Program-made: the position numbers and the translations under genes | NCBI GenBank assembly: GCA_905178155.1 | Contig: CAJINV010000004.1 | Coordinates: 1,116,881-1,180,880 of the forward strand | From: Amoebophrya sp. A120 | Taxonomy: Eukaryota; Protista; Dinoflagellata | Length of the DNA stretch: 64,000 nucleotides | Reading direction: 5' to 3' | Notes under the pieces: model-generated | What the model saw: only the letters and a program-made list of their open reading frames with translations | What the model was told of the DNA's origin: nothing | The model's database searches: none | Shown here: piece after piece, positions 37,512-48,849 of the stretch | Layout of the letters: each line of letters starts with the position of its first letter | How positions within the stretch are numbered: the first letter of the stretch is position 1

Positions 37512-39354
37512 CGAGGAGGACGAATGAGGACAGCTCGATATTGATCCAACGACATGAAGATGTTGACCTAATGCACGAGGACATCCAGAACGAAGTAAAG
37601 CAAAAGCACGGCGACAAATTTGTACGATAATACACAAAAAGAATGCAAGTAAGTACCAGCAACACGAAACGAAATCCCAAATAACGAGAAACGAACGGAT
37701 AAGCACGATACGCAACATGCAAGAGGCGCCTCGACTTCTTTGCGCCAAGACCTTCAGAGTAGACCTGTGAAAGTTTCTTTATCAAAAATCGACTACATGA
37801 AAACTTCAGCTTCTTCACAAACCGAGAGCGAGTGCCTGCTTCGGGCATACAATACATAATATCTAGCTACCTATGTCATGTGTGGCCCACGAAAAAAAAA
37901 CAACGACAACAGACTGGAACGCCCATCATGAACAAAAAGATTTTTTTTCTTTTTTGCTTTTCGAAAAACAAAAAGAGTAACTCCATCATCCTGCACAGGG
38001 AGTAGAGGTGGCATATTGATGAACTAAATCAACGTAAAGGTAACAATATTTCGCTTGAATGTTGATTAATGGCGCCTGATGTGATTTCAGCAAACGTCGA
38101 CTTAGATTTTTGGACTCAAGTAAAAGCTGCGACTTTTTTTTTTGATCTATTTTAGCAAATTGTCATCACCTACACCAGTTGTGGTATATACGAACGACCG
38201 ACCACCTTACAACTTCCGGTCGTTGTATTGTGATACTAAACTTGATAAAAGCTACGATTGAAGATATATATAATATTCTTGTGGCCGGCTGCTCAAAGTT
38301 TTGCGATTTTCTTTTCCCTAAGTGAGTAGGTCGCTCTGAGGGCAGTTGTCGTTCATACCTCAGACATCGTCGTTACTGGGTCGGAAGGCACTTGTTGAAC
38401 GGTGAAGAATATTTTGCCGGTTCTTTCTCTGTATGTCCTGCTTCCATGACGGGTATGGGTAGAAAAAAGTCGTGCGTTGGAGGTGGGTACATACTTATTC
38501 TTAGGATATATTTCAGGTAAAAGTGCTGGATAACCAGGTAAAAGAGGAGGACGCCATCCTCTACGAAGGTACTACACTTCGCCAGTAGAGGCTCCTACAG
38601 GCGACGCAGGGGGTATTCCAAGCGGTCGCACTATCGTGCGGAGAAAGTAGACTGGGGAGGTGCGGGAAAAGATTGGAGTACTCTCGGTCTCGTTGTACAC
38701 GTAGCGACCTATAATTTCATCTCAAACGGCCTAGGGACAATGTCATTGTTGAAAAGTTAGAAGTGTCGCTAGAATAGTACACTTATTCGCTATACTATGT
38801 GCTAAATAACAATTGAACAAGATTTGGTTCTGATTTTTGCTCAAAAACTGTCAACTCAACAAACAAGCTCTACAAGATTTTTCCGGGACAAGAAATGAAC
38901 TATAGAACGGCGAAACCTAGTTTTTTGCTTAATCTTTAAAATTCAACGAAAAACTCTCCCCCTACCATGCTGACAACAGCTCCAGCTCCTCCTCATTTAG
39001 GTCGTTTTTTCGCCGTTTCCGGGTCTATTTCCTGCTCACTCCCAGCGCGCTTCATGAGCAGCGGGTTCCCCAAAGGCGGTTTCATTTGGGAGGTACCATC
39101 CGCGTCATATCACACAGAAAAAAGCCGGCGGGGCATCTTTGCCACATGCCAATATGAATACATAGAAAATTTTTCTGCCATGGGCGAACGCGAACCCACA
39201 GTGTACTTGGGGAGCAAGTACCTAGGGAACAATTATGCGTAGGGAATGCAATACTAATGGTAATGCAGGCAGTTCCGTGTGTTAGTTGAATCAAAATTAC
39301 CTTTATAATATGTTTTTGCAGTACAAATGAATGCCCTGCAGCCTGCTTTATTTT

Positions 39355-42300
39355 TCAGTGGGATACGTCACCAGAACTCGAGAGACCACCAGCGCCGGGC
39401 GGCCCAGAGGTGGCGAGTATCTTGACCGGGGCGGCACTAGAGTTAGATGCTGCTGTGGTGCCGTTCGACTTCGAGGTCGATGTTGTGCCGTTCGAAGCAG
39501 CATTCAACACTATTCCGTGTGGAGCTCCCGCAGGAGGCTTTCCTCCTTTCCCGCTAGTTGAAATAATACCGGCACCGTTTATTTTCATGGCTCCAGGAGC
39601 CGTTGACCCTTTGGAAGTAGTAGAACTTCCACCCGGTGGCGGCTCGCCGGACGTAGTTGAAGTTAGTATTGTGGTACCGCCAGCTCCGGAATTAATGGGA
39701 GGTGCGCTTCCTTTTGATGTTGATGCGGTGGAATTATTCATGGTGGTCCTCGTTATTTTTGTACTATTTCCTCCTGCGGCTCCTCCCGGAGGAGGTATTG
39801 ACCCAGAAGTTCCTATCCCCGCGCTAGTAGCTGTACCAGCACCCTGTTGTGGTACCAGACTGAAGCCGTTGGCGTCCACTAGAAAATTGTCGCTGTTCTT
39901 TCTCATATAATTTTTACCACCTCCAGCTTGTTGTAGTCCTGTGCTAGAAGTGGTAGAGCCAGCGGTAGTAGTTCCTGCAGAGGTGGCTGTTGCTGTTCCG
40001 TTTGCGACAGAAGTATAATTACTCTGCGACGTCGCTTGATGTGAAGAAGGAGGTCCACCTCCTCGTCCAGCAGCACTACTACTGCTGCTACTGCTCCCAC
40101 CTTGCTGCAACTGTGGTCCAGGACCTCCTGGTGGGCCCCCGTTTGCAGCAGCAGCTGCTGCTGCTGCGCTATTTGACCTGGCTGACAGCGTGGGTTGGGC
40201 CGTGCTGCTGCCGTCTTTGGAAGAGCTGGAGGGACTCAGGTTCGGCTTCGCTATTGCCGGGCCTTCGCCGGACTTTCGCCTGGGAAGTTGTTGTATACTT
40301 GTGATGTAGAAGTGGATGATCCACCAAAAAATCGAATGTGGTCTTTGATATATGCAGACAAATACAACTTCTAGCCACGGAAGCGTATCTAGATAGTACT
40401 TTTTCTTTTTGATTTGTGTATGATTTTTCATCACGTACACCTTTATCTGTTGTAAAGTATACCTAAATTTTGTCGTTTCCTCTTGCACGTGCAGTGCGAT
40501 GTGTATCCTGCCGTCCCGTCTGGACTCAAAGGCGACGGTATTGACCCACTCCGCGACGGGGTGCCGGATGTCCAGATGCTGCCCGCTCGTGCCCTGCTCG
40601 AACTCGATCCCGATGAACCAGGTGGCCTCGTTGGCGCGCGGGTCCGCCACATTGTGCGGATACAGGTTATGGATGCGTCAGGATTGTTGAAATCGACAAA
40701 GCTGAAGTAGTCTGTGATGCATAGACTGCAAGGCACGAAGTGACTGTCTTGCAGGGATTGCAAGTGAGGCCGATTGTGAGCCTGTTTTGGGTTTCTGATA
40801 GAGCTGCTAAAGTAGCATGACAAGGGATGCCTTCTTTCGCTAAACAGCATGACAAACTGGATTTCGACGGTGCCGAAATTTGTCATGCACCGCTTAGAAT
40901 AAATTGGGCTTCCAAATGGTATCGATTTTATGCATCACAAATTTTTCAACTTTGTCAATTTCAATCCTGACAGTTCCATACAGGTGGGCGCGCATGTAGT
41001 CCTCGTGGTACGCGGCCAGCTTTTCCACGAGCGATTTCAACTTCGCCTCCACGGAACCTGGGTCAGGCGTAATTCTTTTTTTTATTGGAATAAATGTATC
41101 TTTATTTCACATGGTTCGACGTAAAGACGAGAGCGAAACAATACCACGGCCGCACTGAGGAACGGCCTTCGTGGACGGCATCAAGATCATCAAGGACAGG
41201 CTGTACAAATCCGAGAAGTAAAACAAAAAAGTTGTACCCAAATATGACCTAAATCTAGTGGTTTGAAGTGTGAAATCACAAATGGAGTACTATTTCTAAA
41301 GGGTGGAAGTAAGTAAGAACCACTCCCCGCGACTGCGTCGCGGGGTAAGGCTGATTTGAATTGCTGCTGGGCCAAATTTGAAGCTATTGTCTGCAGGTGC
41401 TTTCTGCATGGTTAGTGAAAACGGGAACAGGTAGTCATAGTGGACGTCGTCCGCGCCCTGTCTCACTAACCAAGCTCCAGGCAGCAGTCACTTAAATGCC
41501 AACATGAAGCAAAAAAGAGAAAAAGAAAATCCGACTTCTCGTCCAGGGCAGGGCATTTACCACAGGCGAAAAAATGCCTTTCAGATGCAGAAAGCAGCAC
41601 AGACCCAGGGCGACACAAACAGCAGCAGCGCCTTGTAGGCGAGCAGGAAGACAGCGCGCGCCAGCGCTTGTCGGAATGTTTGACGTTTTAGCAGACTAGC
41701 TGCAGACTCTTCAGAAGCTTTTGAGTCTTCAGAAGAAGCTACAGAAGATGACCTCCAGAAGGTCGAAGCTTCTGAAGAATACGAAAAAGCGCAAGCATAA
41801 AGTTGCCGCATTGGAGAAAGATTTGAAAAACCTTCTGAAGGTTTTCAGTCTTCTGAAGGTTGGCCAAAATCGCGACACTTTGCAGCTTTCTTTTGTCGAG
41901 AAAGTCGGGAAGTCTTCTGAAGGTCAAAAAAATGCGACCTTCTGAAGCTTTTTAACCTTCAGAAGATTTCAAAACGGTCACTTTTCACCTTCTGAAGGTT
42001 TTTTTGCTCATTTTCCATTTTTTTCTTCTGAAGGTCAAAAAAAACCTTCTGAAGGCGTGACCTTCAGAAGAAAAAACGAGCGATTTCAGCTTTTCCACGA
42101 GCGATTTCAGCTTTGCCTCCACGGAACCTGGGTCGTATTTTTCACATCACATTCGTAAAGACGAAACAAGACTACGACGGAACGATCCTTCGTGGACGGC
42201 ATGATCAAGGACAGGCACAGGCTGTAGGTACTACTACGAGAACCAAAACAAACAAGTTATACCACCAACAGATGACGTTGACGTTGACCACAAAGGTCGT

Positions 42301-44847
42301 GGGTACTATTTCTAAAGGGTGCAAGTAAGTAACTACTAAATCCCAGAGTCCTCTCCGGCGGAAGTTCAAGTTGTATAAATGAAAGAATACCTTTCAGGCG
42401 GCAAAATTTTTCCCTATTGTCCTCCAAGGTATCCACGGATATTCTTACGTAGTGGTGGTACGCCGTGAAGAAGGGATAGGGTTCGAAAAACTCGTCCCAA
42501 ATTTTGTCCGTTGCGGTCTGACTCTGCTCTGCTGCACCCCCAGCACTGCTTATTTCCGTTTCCCGTATTCTCTTCACGAGCCCCGCTGACCGGAAAAACT
42601 GCTCATTATGCATTGCAGAAGTATCGCACTCGTATTGCAATCATGCATTACAAATTTTCTTGTCAAGTCAAATCCGCATTACAAACCTTAACCTTATTTC
42701 TCACGCTGAGGAAATTTGTAATGCATTTATACGAGTACGATACTTTTGCAATGCATACTCATCGATGGTGAGCAAAGTTTCTCCGTTCGCGTTGTGGCAA
42801 CTATTCATCGGCTATCGCAAGAAAAAACTGTTTCACTGTGAACTTGTGATGCAGACAATGGACCACAGAACTATTTGTCTTGCTACACCTACAAGGCGTT
42901 GGATTTTCAAGGGTATTCCCTCTTGGGGAACGCGCATGGCAAATTTTCTGTGTCATGTGGAGCAAACTTGTGATGCGGTTCTTGCAAAATCATCACAGTG
43001 AAACAATTTTTTCGTGGGATATCGGCGGATAGCACGGGGTCACCTGGTAAAGTAGTAGAATTTCTTTGCGGTTGCGAATCAAGTCGAAATAAGCGCTGCG
43101 ACCATCCATGCCGTTGATAAAGATAAAGTATGCTTTTTTTCTTGAGGTGGTCTTCTTCATTTATCATCTAGTTGAGCGCTGCTTCTGCTGTACATGTAGA
43201 CGTAGAGCGCAGCACGGCGGCCGGGATAAGGATACTTTAGCAGGTTTGCATTTGCTTCTGTTTAGATGAAGGGGCTGCAAAAAATATAGTACCACGCTCA
43301 TGACGTCTAGCTTCACTTCCCCTTCGGCTCTTGGTCGCCACACATTGTCGCTGGTCGCTCGCTGTTTCAGCGTTATGTCCTGACAAGAAGGCTCACTGTG
43401 GACCCGAAGTGTGACGTCCTTTTCTTGCCACTCGAATTCCGAGAAGAATTCGAAAAAGGCCATCACCATCTGCTCCGGGTCTTTTATCAGGGGCCGTTCC
43501 ATCATGGCCTGTGGTGTATGAAAATCAAAATTCTATGTATTTATAGCAGCAGGGCCAGCAGCACCCGTGCGCAAAGTGTCGTGCATGCTTCATGTGGTCA
43601 TGATGCGAAATAAACAAATACATACGTACAGTTGTCTGTCACCAAAACTAGACTACGTACTATACCTTCGCGACGCAGAGGGCCCAGGTGATTCCGCCGA
43701 AATAGCCGCTGATGTTGTTGTAAATGCCCCGGGCTTTGGCCCAGGCTTTTACGAACCTGAGCACCTTCTTGAACAACGTCACATCGGACACCAAGGACCT
43801 GTCGGTCAACAGTAAGCGCGCGACCCGCACCCCGTTTACGGACCGTTGACTCGGCTCGTCCAGGTCCGCCAGGACGTCGTCGTTCGTGAAGGTGGTAAAA
43901 TTATGCATTGCAAAAGTGTCTGGGTCTAGAAGATTGCGATATTTGTCATGCTAGTCTGGTATGACTCTGAAATCTGTATTTCGTGGCCGCGAAAGCTCCT
44001 CTTATCTCTCATGCAAAAATGCAGTTTCTCATGCGAAGTGCGCAACTCAGAACCGCGGAAAAACTTGTCATGCTAGGCAGCTCATTACTGTGTGCTCACT
44101 ATTCCGTTCCTTGCATCACAAGTTTCCAGACCCAGATATATTTGCAGTTAATAAAAATTGGACTCGGATTCGTTCAATTCCAGAAAGTCTTCTGGAATCC
44201 CCCGTGGGTTGTTCAAGTTGGGTAAGCAGCAGAGTAAAATGTCCAAATCCACGCCGCGGAACCGGCAACACAGCGTTGCGTTCGCGGTGGAGTCCAGCTT
44301 GACAAAATCCTTCACCTCCTCGTGCTTTTGCAGCATCTTGCCAAAGTCCTCCAGCCACATCTCGCGTAAAGGGGACCGGTTCAATTCCCCGGTGGTCTGT
44401 TTATTTTTTCAATGTCGCGAGTGGTCGTTTGGCTTTGGATTTGGTTTCAAGTTCAACTACAGAAAGGTTTTATCATTATTTTTGCGAAATTCGCGACGGG
44501 TAGTATCACTATCACTATTAACACTCACCTGGTCACCTTTCATGTATAATTTTGATTTTCATCAATCACATTAGTACCGGGTCCGGCCCGTTTATCTGCA
44601 AGTGTTGGTGCGGTCCGAGATAGGGAAGGAAGCACACCAGGTCGATATCCGACTCTTCCGTCATCAGTTCCAGGGTCGACGACCCAATGGTCATCACTTT
44701 CCCCCGCGGCGCGTTCACGTTGCCCGTTACGTTGGGCGAGCGGATCCACTGGTTCAGCAGTTCCTCGATGTCTACCCGAATCTTCCGCCGCCTCTCCAGC
44801 TCCGCCGGGCCGACGAGCGGCGACGCGCGGTCTAATGCGTTCTGCAT
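39355..44847 (-). CDS. PAP: Canonical poly(A) polymerase, paralogue A
   Basis: IGSS..ESDIDLVC; GVDLDIL; SVNGVRV; [24 protein letters not shown]; VTPCYPPMNS; GSVEAKLKSL; WFIGI; low-complexity C-terminal tail. Confidence 0.92.
40668..40980. mobile_element. Introner, family H
   Basis: TIR tatggatgcgtcaggatt / aatcctgacagttccata; TSD caggt. Confidence 0.9.
41022..42330. repeat. Duplicated intron end/exon start flanking a ~770-bp insert rich in CTTCWGAAG palindromes
   Basis: ttttccacgagcgatttca..cctccacggaacctgggtc..tatttctaaagggtg in both 41022-41315 and 42090-42330; hairpin ccccgcgac-tgc-gtcgcgggg at 41325-41345. Confidence 0.8.
42607..42757. mobile_element. Introner, family F
   Basis: TIR tatgcattgcagaagtatcg / cgatacttttgcaatgcata; TSD ctcat. 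Confidence 0.92.
42813..43021. mobile_element. Introner, family G
   Basis: TIR tatcgcaagaaaaaactgtttcactgtg / cacagtgaaacaattttttcgtgggata; TSD tcggc. Confidence 0.92.
43902..44153. mobile_element. Introner, family A
   Basis: Family-A TIR; TSD aaaat. Confidence 0.9.
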
Positions 44848-47148
44848 CTTGTTCTACTGTGGTCTGCGTCGCTCGTCGTCCTCTGGAAATTATGGTGGAC
44901 CAGCACCAGCTGTTTACTGGGCTAAGAGTAAAAATGCTGCTGGGCGGTACTCTGACTACAAACCAACAGGACGAGTTTTTGCCGCAGTATATGGTAGAAC
45001 TGTCGCGAAGGAAGCAGCAGCTGCCTGTACAGTACTAGCCTCGGAACTGATTCTATTGCGCAGCACTCCGCCGGCGTAGGCGTTAGTTTGCAAATACTGT
45101 TTCTCCGCGTCGCTCGTGTTCTTGTTGACAGGAGCAGAAAAGATGATGCTGACCTGCTGGTACCAAAAGAAATTAATATTATCCCCACCTCGACTACTAG
45201 GCTATGAAGAACAGGGCTGCTCAAGCGACTCGTCGAGAAGAAGACAAGCGCGATCAAAGTGTTCGTTCTTTGCCTGCGGATTCGATTCACGATTTCATTT
45301 ACGAAGGTACGGCGTCGGTGAGAAGTTGTATAATACGTGCTGTTTTTTCCTTGGATTTGGTAGTTTTCTTCTACTTCCCGTTCCCCACTACGACCGCTAT
45401 TATTTCTGCTGCTCCCCGAGAACGTCCAAACCGGAGCTCATGCCGCTTCTCGTCGTGCCGCTGCGTTGAGAAGCCGCGGCAGAGGCAGCCGCGCCTCGTG
45501 TCCCAAGAAGCGTAGCCGCGAATCGATTTTTACTTCTTATGCCGATAGAAAGAATGAGTGAAGTGTAGTATACACTGTAGTCTAATATGCTAGTCCCTAA
45601 GCTCCTTCAGAACTGGTCTTAAAGTCAAAACAAGGTAAAATTTTTGCGCCGACAGCTTCATGCCGACGTTCGTCTTCTTCTCGAAGAAGTCTGGTGAAAA
45701 TATTATCCGATAGAAGTGCTGCTGCATCAAGTGCCGGCTCTGGTCCATCCCGTAGCTGCGGCCGTTCTTCCATCATATTATATGAAAAAAACGACCTCTG
45801 CTCTTCTAATGTCTGGCACATAGTAAGAAGTTCTGTGCGCGGAGAACTAAACCTAGTATACAACTCGCTGTCCTGGTGCAATGAGGTCGTATTGGAAAAA
45901 AGTTGATGAAAAATAGTAGGAGCTACTGACGTTCTTTCACATAAAAATAGTGTCCCAAGATTTAGATTTCGCTGGTAATAGTGGTGGTGGCAGGTCAATC
46001 TTCATCCATCGATATCTTTTATTCCATTCGTCTAGTTATTGTAAAAAAATCCGAATACAAGTTGCAGTAGAGCCTATGTCTTCAGTCTCCATTCTTCACA
46101 TCATCTTCTCCCTCTTGCGGTGCACTTGATAAGTACTTCCACAGCTAGTAGAGATGAAAAAGGTCGTCCAGCTAAGTAATAAAGGCGCAGGTGGCTCTTG
46201 CAGCTCCTGGGCGCTTCTTTGCATACAACGCTCGCAAAAAAAATCTGGAAGAGCCTCTCCTCCTCCATCTGGAAAAGAACGAAATGATCCGATCTGCTAC
46301 TTTCAATATTACCAGCCATCATCAGCAATACAACTCGGAGTGGTTGCTTGTGCAGCTACACGATCTCTTCAATTGTAGAAGTGATTTGAAGTCGCAGTAT
46401 AGTAAATACTACTGGACGTCAGGAACAACAAACTGCAGCTACAGTCGCATCGGGCTTTCGCATTTTTCTTTCATCAACACCACTGGAGGAACATGATAGT
46501 AAGTACATCTTCAACATCTACTTCGCTTTGACAATCAAGAACCAGAATGCGTTGCGATGAATTATGCGCTCCTGGTCCAAGTTTTTGCTCTTGTAAATTG
46601 CGGTTCGAAACAGAAAAGGACGCGATCCTCATCTAGACGTCCAGTGCAACAAGTTCTTTGCGTTATGTCGAACTTCTTGTTCTTATCATGCGCTGCAAAA
46701 TTACTATTCCGGGGTGGATCGATCTATCAGGAAAGATCCAAGGCGGAGGTCAAAATTTCTAAATCGGAAGGGACTGATGTAGCAATCGATCAACGTGTCT
46801 GTCTCTATTTACATACAGATACTTTTACTGCGCTTCATCTTTAAGAAGAGACGGAAGTACTGCCATGCATGATAATTGAAAATTGAAAACCCATCCGCAC
46901 GTGACTCGAACATCAGGCTAGACGAAGATGACAACTACACCTACATCTACAAAAAACGGCTGTGAAAAAGTGCGAAACATCTTCACGCGGCTGAGACTCA
47001 ACACATACACTTACACATACACAGTTTGTTTGGTGCGCTACTATTCATTCGTCGGCACCGGAGGCGGCCGTAGTACGAAAAAGAATGAAGGTCGTCGTCT
47101 TGACAAAATCGTCTTGGTCTTTTTTTATTTCTAGTAATATGAACTGAT

Positions 47149-47913
47149 TTAGTACATATCTCCGTACGCTCCAGCGAAGGCCTCCGAGGTTGTTCCGCTG
47201 TCCCTTCCCGCTGCAGCCTTTTTCGGTGACCCTACGACGACTCGATCCCACACTATCTGTTCCTTTCTCGGCTGCCAACAGCAGCAGCCGTAGCAGCAGC
47301 AAATAAACACCAGAAAGCAGTCCGCGCAGGAATCCATGCCCTGCCACGCGTACAATGCGCAGGGGCTGCACCAATTGCGGCAGGATTTATTTCTCGGATC
47401 GCACACGCAGCACTTGTCACAACAATGCTTTTCCTTCTCGTATCGAAAGATTTTCTGCTGCTCCAGGGGCTGCCAGCAGAAAAGCGCGTAAAAACAAACA
47501 CAGCAAAAAAAGGAGAGCGATACGTCGGCTGTTGAAGGGGATTTTTTTTTTGGAAAAGTTTAAGTTTGAACGATGTCGATGAGGGTTAGGTGGTACGACT
47601 GGTGGTTTTCTTTTCTTGCCGGACGAGATGACAAGGAAAAAATGAATGCGTTTGCGTGTCATCATTGGCGAGATTCTCATGCTGGAAAAAATCAATGATC
47701 AAAAGGTCACAGTGCTTTTATTTTATCTACTAACATACCTCCTGAGTCACACCCCTGCCAGGCCCACACCGCAACGCAGGGACAAAATGTTCGACACAAG
47801 CATCCCCTTGGATCGCAGGTATGAAGCGCTTTCGGTTTATTCTTTGTGGCTTTCTTTGCAGGAACACCTCCGGAAGTGCCGCTTAGCAGCTTTTGCTCTT
47901 CCTCGATTGCCAT
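47149..47913 (-). CDS. Cys-rich AWQG-repeat membrane protein (paralogue 2), one canonical intron
   Basis: CDPRGCLCRTFCPCVAVWAWQGCDSG|ADVSLSFFCCVCFYALFCWQP...CDPRNKSCRNWCSPCALYAWQGMD; GT-AG intron ~47529-47738. Confidence 0.78.
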
Positions 47914-48849
47914 CTTGATAGCGGGCGTTTGAGATTTAGATACAAGAAAAAATGTTGATACAGCGGAGAGCACAACTCCTGTCTGTGGCTGCTCTACCCA
48001 ATTTCCAACGAATCAGATTCGTATGTGTAAAAGACAAATTCATACAATATGAGGCACGTCATCCGAGGACCAGTAGCCTGTTCAATATCCGGGCATTGGA
48101 TCTTCATGGCAGATTCGGCGGCTTACTTACTTACACAGGAGCACGATATGTGAGTCCTCTGGTGGACCACTTCCTCTCTATACTAAAGTAAACACCGATG
48201 AAAGATGTTGAACAACCTCCTACAGCCTCATGTTTTTGAACTGCTCCATACGACCGAACTGCGAGGACTCCAGACCGACGCCTGACGGCAGCTGCCGACC
48301 TACCAGAATTATGCTACAGAAAATTTCTCCACTGCGACCTGAATTTCATTTCCGGACCACGACGGCGACCGACCGCTTCCTGGTCGTCCAGGACACCATT
48401 GATTGCAATCTTGAAGATGACCATGTAGTTGCATCCGTCCCTTTAGTTGTGACATATTACGTACAAGATCGTGTCGTGAACAAACAAAGCGCAAGCTGCG
48501 ACGCAACACAATCGGCGCAACAGACGAGTCTTGATTTCTCGCTGTTCTACCGTACTTCTGCGAGATGTTGAAAAGGATCGCGCAGCGGCCCTGAAAATAA
48601 ACCACAGTGCGGCCATTTTATGCTTTCCTACCTCCAGCTTTCCAAAATCGCTATCCTCCCCACCACCCCTTCGGGTAGGGAAACAAAAGCATCAGAGTGA
48701 CGCGCGTGCTTCTTACAAGGTGAGCGATAAAAAGCCTCTGCTTTAAAAGGGTTGCTAGGTAGGTCCGAGAATGTGAAGAATTTTTATATCTGCGGTACTA
48801 GTGAAGAAATCGACACCAGTCAGCCATACAAATAGCCCAGTTCTTACTT

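Noticed and set aside
41325-41345. Helitron 3' hairpin
   Set aside because: No CTRR terminus at the expected distance on either strand
45597-46496. Possible gene between PAP-A and AWQG paralogue 2
   Set aside because: Only short ORFs without recognisable motifs or coding-like GC bias; cannot be supported
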